DNA from: Patescibacteria group bacterium | GTDB taxonomy: Bacteria > Patescibacteriota > Patescibacteriia > SG8-24 > DYFX01 | Direction: 5' to 3' | DNA length: 64,000 nt | NCBI GenBank assembly: GCA_038062835.1 | Contig: JBBTWH010000003.1 | Location: 2,666 to 66,665, forward strand | Part shown: positions 55,901 to 64,000 of the stretch, piece by piece | How the letters are laid out: each line of letters starts with the position of its first letter | How positions within the stretch are numbered: position 1 is the stretch's first letter | The notes under the pieces: generated by a model | Database searches by the model: none | What the model saw: the letters and a program-made list of their open reading frames with translations, nothing else | What the model was told of the DNA's origin: nothing | Program-made: the position numbers and the translations under genes

Positions 55901-58900
55901 TTACGGAGCAAGGGTCGTCTGAGCGTCGGTCGGGAGGACCTTGACGTACAGGCCGTTGGTCCAGTCGTTCGACGCAGCCGCGTCTTCGCCTTCGGCAATG
56001 GTGCCGGCGACGTCGTTGTGCGGGATGGCCGAGTTGTCGGACCAGTGGATGCTGAAGCCGGCAGTCGCAGTGTTCGTGCCATCGAGGTCGTCGATGGAGT
56101 CACCCGCGAGACCGTCGACGTCGTCGAGTTCACCCGTGACCAGCGCGGAGTCCGCGGCGATCGTGGAGGTGATGCTGTCGTTCGAGCCGACGCCCGTCGT
56201 CGTGACGGCGAGTTCATACGTCTTGGACGTACCCGCGGCGATCACCTGTTCAGAGGCGAACGTGAAGCGGACCGTGCAAGCGTCGGACTCGAGCACATCG
56301 CAGTCGTCGTCGCCGGCCTCGTCGAGGTCAGCGGTGCCCGAGATGGAGGAGCCGCCGACCTCGCGGACCACCGGGGTCGCGATGCCGAGCGCGGCGCCGC
56401 GAGCGAGGTTCCACATGATCGACTTGACCGAGACCTGTTCCGCGCTGTCAGCCGTGAGGGTGATGCGCGAGACCACGGGCGTGCCGTTGGTGAGCGTGGA
56501 GCTCGGGAGCGAGGCCAAGCTGACGGTCGGCTTGGTCTTGCGGAGGATCTTCGTGCGCATCGTGACGTCCGCACCGGTGGCCTGGGTGGTCACGACGGTC
56601 GAGGACGAGGTGCCACGGTACTCGAACGTGCCAGCGGCAGCCGAGGTCGTGTCAGCGATGAGCGCGAGGTCGGTACCCGTGGTGGCACCGCCCGAGATCG
56701 TGTTCAGGACGCCCTTGACCGTGAGGGTCTTGGAGCCGTCCTTCGGCACGACGAAGTTGAAGCCGGAGAAGTCAGCGTTGCCACCGGTGAGCGGAACCGG
56801 ACCAGCGACGAGCGCGGCCCCATCGTAGAGGCTCATGCTGATGACGTTGTTCGAGTTCGCCGAGGTGACGAGGCCGACGCGAAGCTTGGTCTGCTTCAGC
56901 TCTTCGTTGAGAGCCGTGAGGCGGATCTTGCCGAGGACAACCGTGTTGCCCGCGACCACGAGGCCCGCTTCGGACTCCGTGTCGTCCGGAGCGATGATGT
57001 ACGACATCGTGCCGGTGTTCTGGATGGTGTGGACCACCGTGGCGGCAGAGGCGTTGACCGTGCCGGTTTCGGTGATCGCGTTGCCATCCGCATCCTGCGA
57101 CGTGACATCGCTCGCGGCCTGGACGGAGAAGCCGACCGTGTCGGCGTCAGCGCCGTCGAAGGCGGAGTTCGAGATGTCGCAGTTGAGCTTCAGGCTCTTG
57201 GTCTGGCCAGCCGCCACCACGAGGTTGAGGCCGGTGAACTCAAGGAGACCGCCAGAGCCTTCCGTCGAGGAAGCGGTCGGAGACTTGGCCGTGCCAAGCA
57301 TCGTCGCGCCATCCATGAGGCGGCACTGGGTGATGACGTCGCGGACCGCGGCGTCATCCGTGTTGTCGTCGAAGCCCTGGATCATCGTGGTGCCGCCATC
57401 GGCGTCGATCCAGCCCGTGGCCGTGATCGCCGTGATGGTGACAGGCGCGGCATCGCCGGCCTTCAGGTTGATGCCAGTGAAGTCGACGTTCGAGGAGCCC
57501 TTGATGAAGGTCTGGCTGACCGGGGTCGAGCCAAGCGAGTTCGTCATGGACGCCACACGGACCGTCATCGCGTTACCCAACAGCGAGCCGCCCGGGACGA
57601 CGTCGGTGGACGGCGTCAGGAACGTGCTGTTGTCGAGGTTGCGGAGGTCGGAGGTGCTGAAGGCTTCGAGGGTCATGGTGACCGTGTCAGCATCGTCAGC
57701 GCCGTCCTCCACGTCGAGCGAGACGGAGAACGTGTACAGGACGCCGGCCTGGAGGGTCTGGACGTCGTTGAAGACGAGATCCTCGGAGCCGTCATCTTCC
57801 GTCACGTCCTTCGGGCCCCACCAGACGGAACCGGAGGCGACGTTGGTCACCTTGATGTCCGTGAGGTTAGCCGTAGTCGTCATGAGGTCGGTGCCGTCAA
57901 TCTGCATGCGCAGGTTGCGGACTTCGACGTTGGACTGGGCCACCGCGGTGAAGCGGAAGACCTCAATCTCGTTCCCCTTCTCGCTGATGTCCTTCGAGGA
58001 AGGGCCCAGGAAGTTGAGGGTCACCTGTCCCGCTTCCACCGTCGAGTACGAGCAGTCGCCAGCCGAGCTGGTGCAGCTGTCGCCGTCGTAGGCGGTGCGG
58101 GTGACGGTGACGCCCTGGCCGAAGGTCTGACCGACGCCGCGGACGTCCGAGGACTCTTCGGTGTAGAGCTTCAGGCTGTCAGCGGCGCGAGCGCCGCCGC
58201 CGATGTCGCCGTAGACCTGGAAGGTCTTGGTGGCGCCCTTCTCGAGCAGCATGCCCGGAGCGGAGAGGGAGAACGTCGCGCGGAGGTTGGCGTCGAAGCT
58301 AGCCGCCGTCGCGATCGTGAGACCCGCCTGCTTGAGCTTGAGGTTCGTGAGGTTGGCCGCGGAGAGGTTGCCACCCTGGAAGATGGTCAAGCGCTCGAAG
58401 CGGACGTCTTCGGAGGAGCCGGCGGCGACCGTGAACTCGGCGATCTTCGCCTCCATCTCGCCGGCCTTGGGGGCCGTGATGGTGCCGGTCTTGGCGATGG
58501 TGAGAGAACCCACCGTCGTGCCAGCCAGGGTGAAGTTGTTGCCGGTGAACGGAGAGCCGGAGAGCTGCGTGGTTCCGGACATCGCCTTGGAGAGTTCCAT
58601 GGCGTGGACGTTGCCGGCAGCCGCGCCCGTCGCGATGTCGACGGCGACCCACAGGGTGCGGGTCTGGCCGGCGGCGAGCGAGAGGTTGAGGCCCGTGAAG
58701 GTGACCTCGTTGGTGGACGAGTTGACGGAGCGGCCCGTGGTCAGACGGGAAGAGCCCTCGTACAGGTACACCGAGGAGAGGTCGGTCGTGGCGCCGGGGC
58801 CGACGCGGCGGAGGGTGACGGAGTCAGCCACCATCGCGGAGCCGCCGTTGTTCGAGACGTTGAACTTCAGGAAGTTCACGCCCGTCGCGCCCTTCGGAAG

Positions 58901-59530
58901 GGTCGCGCCAGCCGGCGAGTCAGAGGCGAGCGAGACGGAAGCCGTGCCCGAGACGCCAGCGGTCGACAAGTTCTTGTCGGCGTTGATCGACTGGGACGAG
59001 CTCATCTCGGCCGTCTTGTTGTAGTCGGAGCAAGACGCGTTGATGGCGGCGCCGACGGAGTAGTTCGTGAAGAACGCGTCCGAGACGTCGTGAATCATCG
59101 TGTTCCAGGCCGAGCCGTACAGGGTGACGGCGCAGGCCTCGGAAGGCACGTGGCGAAGGACGCCGCCGTGCGCGATCGCGTAGGTCTTCGGGTCAGACTG
59201 GATCTTGAGCATCAGCACGCCCGGGCGATAGGTGACGTTGCCACCGATCTGGATGGACGCGAGGTCAGCGTCGGAGATGGTCATGACGGACGAGAAGTCC
59301 GCGTACCAGGTCTTGTAGGCCTTGTCGTTGGTGAACACGTAGCGCTTTCCGTCGGAACCGCAGTAGTACACCGCGGGGAGGGAACCCTTGATCAAGCTAC
59401 CGCTCGTGCAGCCGGCGGCAGACGCTTTCAAGGGAGCGACCAGGACGGACGCCATCATCGACCAAAGGATGGTCGAGAGGACGATGCCCACGGTCAGAGC
59501 CTTGCGGCTCATTTTCAGGACTTCGGTCAT
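55901..59530 (-). CDS. S-layer-like protein A (probable major S-layer protein)
   Basis: Start MTEVLKMSRK after GAAAGG; signal peptide; acidic, T/S-rich; long structured leader. Confidence 0.82.
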   Translation of the reverse strand: MTEVLKMSRKALTVGIVLSTILWSMMASVLVAPLKASAAGCTSGSLIKGSLPAVYYCGSDGKRYVFTNDKAYKTWYADFSSVMTISDADLASIQIGGNVTYRPGVLMLKIQSDPKTYAIAHGGVLRHVPSEACAVTLYGSAWNTMIHDVSDAFFTNYSVGAAINASCSDYNKTAEMSSSQSINADKNLSTAGVSGTASVSLASDSPAGATLPKGATGVNFLKFNVSNNGGSAMVADSVTLRRVGPGATTDLSSVYLYEGSSRLTTGRSVNSSTNEVTFTGLNLSLAAGQTRTLWVAVDIATGAAAGNVHAMELSKAMSGTTQLSGSPFTGNNFTLAGTTVGSLTIAKTGTITAPKAGEMEAKIAEFTVAAGSSEDVRFERLTIFQGGNLSAANLTNLKLKQAGLTIATAASFDANLRATFSLSAPGMLLEKGATKTFQVYGDIGGGARAADSLKLYTEESSDVRGVGQTFGQGVTVTRTAYDGDSCTSSAGDCSYSTVEAGQVTLNFLGPSSKDISEKGNEIEVFRFTAVAQSNVEVRNLRMQIDGTDLMTTTANLTDIKVTNVASGSVWWGPKDVTEDDGSEDLVFNDVQTLQAGVLYTFSVSLDVEDGADDADTVTMTLEAFSTSDLRNLDNSTFLTPSTDVVPGGSLLGNAMTVRVASMTNSLGSTPVSQTFIKGSSNVDFTGINLKAGDAAPVTITAITATGWIDADGGTTMIQGFDDNTDDAAVRDVITQCRLMDGATMLGTAKSPTASSTEGSGGLLEFTGLNLVVAAGQTKSLKLNCDISNSAFDGADADTVGFSVQAASDVTSQDADGNAITETGTVNASAATVVHTIQNTGTMSYIIAPDDTESEAGLVVAGNTVVLGKIRLTALNEELKQTKLRVGLVTSANSNNVISMSLYDGAALVAGPVPLTGGNADFSGFNFVVPKDGSKTLTVKGVLNTISGGATTGTDLALIADTTSAAAGTFEYRGTSSSTVVTTQATGADVTMRTKILRKTKPTVSLASLPSSTLTNGTPVVSRITLTADSAEQVSVKSIMWNLARGAALGIATPVVREVGGSSISGTADLDEAGDDDCDVLESDACTVRFTFASEQVIAAGTSKTYELAVTTTGVGSNDSITSTIAADSALVTGELDDVDGLAGDSIDDLDGTNTATAGFSIHWSDNSAIPHNDVAGTIAEGEDAAASNDWTNGLYVKVLPTDAQTTLAP
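58029..59496 (-). repeat. 1468-bp direct repeat, copy 2
   Basis: See 53520-54987. Confidence 0.92.
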
Positions 59531-59723
59531 AAGTTGAGAACCTTTCTTCAAGTTTAGTGCCGACAGTACGGCCTTGCGGCCTCGACCTTGTGATACTGCC
59601 AGTGCCCCAAAGGGGCGGGCCCGTCCGGAGATTTCCTCCTGGATCGGAGCGCGGGGCGTACTCACATAGAGGAGTAGGCCACGAGCTTCGATCCAAGAAG
59701 CTTCCTGGACGGACGGTGGATAT

Positions 59724-60791
59724 TTATGGTTGGGAGGAAGCGGGCTCGATCTCGGGCGCCGGGGTCTCGGAGACCTCTTCGGTGCTCGTCGCGGCTTCGG
59801 TCTCCGCTTCAGCGGGTTCCTCGACGGGCGGATTCTTGTCGGCGGACTCGGCTTCGGTGACGAGGTCGGCGCCTTCGCTGACCTTCTTTACGGCGGCGCG
59901 GAAGTCGCCTTGGGAGAGCAGTTCTTTGGCCTCGTCCACCGCGGCCTGGGCTTTAACGGTCAGGAGCTGGCTGGGAGAGGCGGCGCCGCTCGTCAGGCCG
60001 TCCTGCGTGGTGGCCACGTGGGCGGCGAAGGCGTCGATCTTGCGTCCGACGGCCGAGGAGAGCTGGGCTTCAGGTAAGACGTTCGAGGCGAAGCTTTGTT
60101 TCTCGACCAGGATTTCGAGCGCCTTCACGGAGACTTGGTCCAGGTTCAGGAGCGCCATCCGGAAGGAGGGGCGTCCGACGAACAGTCCGTGTTTGAAGAT
60201 CGCTTGGTATTCGTCGGCTTTGGATTCGACCCGGCTGGCGATGCGGACGGCTTCGTCGGCGTCCTTTTCATCCTGGAGGTCGGAGAGGTCCTTGCGGACG
60301 GCGTTCATCTCGTCGGAGAAGAGCGCGGCGACCATCTCGATCTTCCCTTCCCTGCCGAGGTCGGGACTGGAGGCGAGGCGGGCCATCTCGTTGAGACGGC
60401 GGCCGGCGATCTCGACGCGGCGCTCGGTGCGGTCCGACTTGCGGGAGAGCTTGAGGTTCAGAGACTCCGCGGCGAGCTTTACGTTATAGAGGGGGTGGCC
60501 AGGCAAGGTGTCGTGCGCGGCGGCGACGACGGCCGTGGAGCCGACGCCGGTGCCGACGACCAGGAGCAGGACCATCGCGGGAATGGCCATGGCCTTGGCG
60601 AGGTTTTCAGGGAAGAAGACGCGCAGGGATTCGGCGAATGCGCGAAGACCGGTCCGGCGCTCAGCGCCGACCGTGTTGCCGATCTGCATCATCAGGGTCT
60701 CTTTCGTGGAAACGAGCCATTGCGCGTCCGGGCTTCCGCCCGCACGCTCATGCTTCAACGCCTTCAGTTGTTCCACGATCTGGGTCCGCAT
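59724..60791 (-). CDS. Putative anti-sigma factor (DUF5667-like)
   Basis: Short N-terminus, one TM, TLPGHPLYNVKLAAE...RRLNE; overlaps the ECF gene end. Confidence 0.8.
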   Translation of the reverse strand: MRTQIVEQLKALKHERAGGSPDAQWLVSTKETLMMQIGNTVGAERRTGLRAFAESLRVFFPENLAKAMAIPAMVLLLVVGTGVGSTAVVAAAHDTLPGHPLYNVKLAAESLNLKLSRKSDRTERRVEIAGRRLNEMARLASSPDLGREGKIEMVAALFSDEMNAVRKDLSDLQDEKDADEAVRIASRVESKADEYQAIFKHGLFVGRPSFRMALLNLDQVSVKALEILVEKQSFASNVLPEAQLSSAVGRKIDAFAAHVATTQDGLTSGAASPSQLLTVKAQAAVDEAKELLSQGDFRAAVKKVSEGADLVTEAESADKNPPVEEPAEAETEAATSTEEVSETPAPEIEPASSQP

Positions 60792-61356
60792 GGGATTTTT
60801 CGTCAGTCGCGACCAAGTCGCGCAGGGCGTCAGTCGCGCGATGCAGGAGCACGCGCACGTTGCCGTTGGTCTTGCCGAGGATCCTGGCGATCTCCGAAGT
60901 CTCGAGTTCATCGAGATACTTCATCACGAGCACTTCGCGATATTCATCCTTGAGCAGGCGAAGCTTCTTCTCCAGCATCTTCGCGTCGATGGCCGCGTTG
61001 ACCTTCTTGAGATCCATGCGGTCGTCGGCGATCATCTCCTCGGCCCCTTCGGTCAGAGGGAGAGTCTCGCGGTTCGCGCGCGACCGATAGAAATCGATCA
61101 CGCGGTTGCGGGCGATGCTATAAAGGAGCGCGCTCAAGTGGCGGACCTCTCCGCCCTTTTCGTCGAGAAGGAAGGACCAGGCCTTCAAGAAGACGTCAGC
61201 GGTGAGGTCTTGCGCCTCTTCCTCCGACGAAACCTTAAAGTACACGAAACGATAAATCCGGCGTGCATAGAGGTCGTAGATCTTCCCGTATGCTTCCGGA
61301 TCCTTTTTCGCGCGTACCCGATACAACAGCAACTTCTCTTGGAGTGGGTTGCTCAT
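60748..61356 (-). CDS. ECF sigma factor
   Basis: AQDLTADVFLKAW, LYSIARNRVIDFYR and EIARILGKTNGNVRVLLHRA; start MSNPLQEK. Confidence 0.95.
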   Translation of the reverse strand: MSNPLQEKLLLYRVRAKKDPEAYGKIYDLYARRIYRFVYFKVSSEEEAQDLTADVFLKAWSFLLDEKGGEVRHLSALLYSIARNRVIDFYRSRANRETLPLTEGAEEMIADDRMDLKKVNAAIDAKMLEKKLRLLKDEYREVLVMKYLDELETSEIARILGKTNGNVRVLLHRATDALRDLVATDEKSHADPDRGTTEGVEA

Positions 61357-61360
61357 GACT

Positions 61361-61440
61361 TTAGACGGGCGACCGAGTGATACCGTTACAGTCAGCCCTA
61401 TAACGAGGTTCAGGCTATCATGAAAGGTAGGCAGAGTCAA
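61361..61440 (-). promoter_or_regulatory. Tandem promoters of the ECF operon
   Basis: TGTAAC-17-CGTC (ECF-type, 61390-61364) and TTGACT-17-TAGCCT (sigma70-type, 61440-61412). Confidence 0.65.
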
Positions 61441-61524
61441 AGGTATAACTTCGTAAGAATAAGGCTACGGAGCTTAACCGAAGAGGTAACATTAGGGACG
61501 GAACTCCCCCTTGGCACCCCGAAT

Positions 61525-61560
61525 AACTCCCCCTGCCCCCTCTTTCGCAAAGAGGGGGAT
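61525..61560. repeat. Family A REP, X unit inverted
   Basis: taactccccctgccccctctttcgcaaagaggggga. Confidence 0.8.
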
Positions 61561-61574
61561 TTTTTTAGGCCTAT

Positions 61575-61615
61575 TTGACAAAATGTGGTTGTTTGTCTAC
61601 ACTGGAGTAGACAAA
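61575..61615 (+). promoter_or_regulatory. Sigma70 promoter with overlapping inverted-repeat operator
   Basis: TTGACA-17-TACACT; TTTGTCTAC-6-GTAGACAAA at 61592-61615. Confidence 0.7.
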
Positions 61616-61628
61616 TAGATTATCCCCC

Positions 61629-61928
61629 ATGGACTCCCCTAAACACATCATTCGCGTCTCAGTTTCGGAGGCGGCCAAGCTCTTCGGCATTTCCACGCGC
61701 ACGCTCCGCCGCGCCATCGCCGACGGCGAGGTGGCCTATGTGGTGGTGCGGGGAAGGTATAAGCTGAACTTCGAGAGCCTCGTGAAGTGGTCGCAGGTCC
61801 GCCCGACCGTGCGCAACAAGCTGGCCACGACCGGCATCGGCCAATTCGTGGAGCAATGGAAGATCAGGAACAAATTGTTCAGTCCCAATCCGAAGGTGTT
61901 CGAGAAGAAGGATGGGGAGGAGAAGTAG
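61629..61928 (+). CDS. Excisionase-like (HTH_17) DNA-binding protein
   Basis: VSVSEAAKLFGISTRTLRRAIADGEV...GRYKL. Confidence 0.85.
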   Translation: MDSPKHIIRVSVSEAAKLFGISTRTLRRAIADGEVAYVVVRGRYKLNFESLVKWSQVRPTVRNKLATTGIGQFVEQWKIRNKLFSPNPKVFEKKDGEEK

Positions 61929-61943
61929 AGCGGCGATTCGGAA

Positions 61944-62036
61944 ATAACCCCTCCGCCCTGCGGGCACCTCCCCTTTCGTAAAGGGGAGGGTATACAAAGG
62001 ATCACCCTCTTTGTGAAAGAGGGGGCTGGGGGAGTT
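61944..62036. repeat. Family A REP, Y plus X units
   Basis: taacccctccgccctgcgggcacctcccctttcgtaaaggggagg and ccctctttgtgaaagagggggctgggggagtt. Confidence 0.85.
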
Positions 62037-62125
62037 CGATCCGGGCTGGGTCGCCCCGCCGATCTGACGGTTGACATTCGGCCTTAAACGTGCTAGAGTC
62101 CCCCGTTAAAAAGCGAGCGGTTCCC

Positions 62126-64000
62126 ATGCATGACGCCCGCGTACAATCCGTCGCTTTGACCCTCGCGATCGTGACGATCGTGAGTTTCGTCGTGCCTGCG
62201 GAGACGCTGGCGGCCACGGCCTCGGACAAGTTCGTCCGCCTCTCCAACAACTACATGAAGGCGGGCATCACGCTCCCCTCTTCTGACTGGGCGACGCTCT
62301 CGAAGTACGACGTGCTCGTGCTTCCGGCCGAGGCGCAGATCTTCAACCCGGATTTCTTCCCGACAGTGCGCCGCTTGAACCCGGACATCGTCATCTTGGC
62401 GTACATTCCCACCAAGAGCTACGCGCAAGTCTGGAGCGACAACCCGATGGACACGCTCCATCCCAAGCTCAAGGCGCGCACCGACGAATCGATGCGGCTG
62501 CGCGAACCCGGAGGCAAGATCCTGTCCGTCTGGCCGGGGACGCTTTCGTATAACGTGAACTCCGGTTGGGCCGATGCGCTCCCCCGCTTCGTGAAGGAGG
62601 ACATCATGGCCTCCGGCAAATGGGACGGCATCTTCTACGACGAGACTTCGGCCACCATCTCGTGGCTCAACGGCGGCAACGTCGACGTGAGCGGCGACGG
62701 TTTGAAGGACGATCAGGCCACGGCTGACCGACTATGGGAGGCCGGGATGGTCAAAATTTTGAAGACCACCCGCGAACTGCTCGGCGCTTGCGCGGTCATC
62801 ATCACCAACGGCGATTCCGACCCGGACCTCCAGCCGTACGTCAACGGCCGCATGTTCGAGACGTTCCCGACGCCGTGGGAATACGACGGCAGCTGGGCCA
62901 CCGTCATGAACAACTATCTCGGGTTGCAGAAGAAAGTCGGCTACCCGGCCGTCTTCCTCATCAACAGCAACACGAACAACACCGGCAACAGGGACGATTT
63001 CCAGAAGATGCGCTTCGGACTGGCCTCGACCTTGATGGGCGACGGCTTCTTCCAGTTCGACTACGGCGACAACGATCATGGCCAGACCTGGATGTACGAC
63101 GAATACGACGCCTACCTGGGCAAGCCTGTCGGCGAGGCGCACAACCTGACGGGTCAGACCAATCCCGTGAGGGACGGCGTCTGGCGCCGTGACTTCCAGC
63201 ACGGAACCGTCATCGTGAACTCCACGAACGAAGCCAAGACCGCGGACCTCGACGCCGATTTCGAGCGCCTGCACGGCGCGCAGGATCCCGCCGTCAACAA
63301 CGGCGAGATTTCCAGCGTCGTGACGATTCCCGCCAAGGACGGCCTCATCCTCCTGCGTCCGCTCGAGCGCGTCTCCGAAGCCGCCTACAGGAACGGCGCC
63401 TTCATGCGCATCCTCACCGGCGAAGGCGCGGTCCATCGCAACGGCTTCTTCGCCTACGACGAGCGCCGAAAGGGCGGCGTCGACCTGGCCGAGTTCCGCC
63501 CTGCGGCGTCGAGCGAGAAATCCACCATCGTCGCGAAGGGCAATCACCTCGAACTCTACGACGCGCAGGACCGGCTCGTGCGTTCCGTCGCCCCGTTCGG
63601 CGACAGCTGGAACCGCGGACTGACCTTCGGCTACGGCAAGGCCGGCGGCAAGACCTACGTCGCCGCGGGCGCGGGGCAAGGCGGCGCTCCGTACGTGCGC
63701 ATCTATACGGAAGGTCTCGAGCCCGTCACCGACGCGTTCTTCGCCTACAGCGAGCGATTCCTGGGCGGCGTGAACGTGGCGGTCGGCGACCTCGACGGAG
63801 ACGGAAGTCCCGACGTCGTAGCCGGCGCCGGTCCGGGCGGAGGGCCGCACGTGCGCGTCTTCAACAAGGACAAGGCCGTGATGGCGCAGTTCTTCGCCTA
63901 CGACCAGCGGTTCCGCGGCGGCGTGTACGTCGCGATGGGCGACGTCGACGGCGATAAGACCCAGGAAATCGTGACCGGTCCGGGCTTCGGCGGCGGACCG
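62126..64000 (+). CDS. Secreted putative glycoside hydrolase (GHL15-like) with FG-GAP/VCBS-like repeats (partial)
   Basis: Not in the ORF track. Manual translation: signal peptide, RRLNPDIVILAY, WDGIFYD, MRFGLASTL, WMYDEYD, GVWRRDF, then FFAY...GGVNVAVGDLDGDG...GPGGGPHVRVF. Promoter TTGACA-17-TAGAGT at 62071-62099. Confidence 0.8.
   Translation, partial: MHDARVQSVALTLAIVTIVSFVVPAETLAATASDKFVRLSNNYMKAGITLPSSDWATLSKYDVLVLPAEAQIFNPDFFPTVRRLNPDIVILAYIPTKSYAQVWSDNPMDTLHPKLKARTDESMRLREPGGKILSVWPGTLSYNVNSGWADALPRFVKEDIMASGKWDGIFYDETSATISWLNGGNVDVSGDGLKDDQATADRLWEAGMVKILKTTRELLGACAVIITNGDSDPDLQPYVNGRMFETFPTPWEYDGSWATVMNNYLGLQKKVGYPAVFLINSNTNNTGNRDDFQKMRFGLASTLMGDGFFQFDYGDNDHGQTWMYDEYDAYLGKPVGEAHNLTGQTNPVRDGVWRRDFQHGTVIVNSTNEAKTADLDADFERLHGAQDPAVNNGEISSVVTIPAKDGLILLRPLERVSEAAYRNGAFMRILTGEGAVHRNGFFAYDERRKGGVDLAEFRPAASSEKSTIVAKGNHLELYDAQDRLVRSVAPFGDSWNRGLTFGYGKAGGKTYVAAGAGQGGAPYVRIYTEGLEPVTDAFFAYSERFLGGVNVAVGDLDGDGSPDVVAGAGPGGGPHVRVFNKDKAVMAQFFAYDQRFRGGVYVAMGDVDGDKTQEIVTGPGFGGGP

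Noticed and set aside
53520-59496. Diversity-generating retroelement TR/VR pair
   Set aside because: The repeat is 1.5 kb, at the 5' end and without adenine-specific mismatches; no reverse transcriptase is in the window.
456-59557. Long antisense ORFs (456-3128, 6709-8493, 28682-31234, 35879-38089, 48313-51168, 56018-59557)
   Set aside because: High-GC shadow frames opposite genes with clear motifs; they have no recognisable domains.

Overview
High-GC bacterial chromosomal window whose gene repertoire (archaeal-type PyrH, truncated TsaB, wHTH-nucleotidyltransferase regulator, PaaX/Cas2-like protein, TM0106 nuclease, GAGC lipobox, many leaderless-looking starts) points to Patescibacteria/CPR, probably Uhrbacteria-like; this is inference. 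Housekeeping genes include rplJ-rplL with an L10 leader, pyrH, xseAB, murG, ftsW and lon. An array of self-contained accessory genes lies at 8.3-11.4 kb. The right half (about 33.7-64 kb) is a cell-envelope supercluster: glycosyltransferases, an S8 protease and four S-layer-like genes that all share one ~130-aa domain, an ECF sigma/anti-sigma pair, and a secreted glycoside-hydrolase-like FG-GAP protein. The strongest candidate for a new system: the two largest S-layer-like genes share an apparently identical 1468-bp 5' block (direct repeat, offset 4509 bp) but diverge downstream, which suggests S-layer switching or gene conversion, possibly under ECF control. Other signals are a palindromic motif tied to the PaaX-like gene, two REP-like repeat families, back-to-back bidirectional promoters, a metallothionein-like microprotein and paralogous heptad-repeat genes with co-conserved upstream geometry. 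No rRNA, tRNA, CRISPR array, integrase, transposase or reverse transcriptase was seen. All family assignments come from motif recognition by eye, not database searches.
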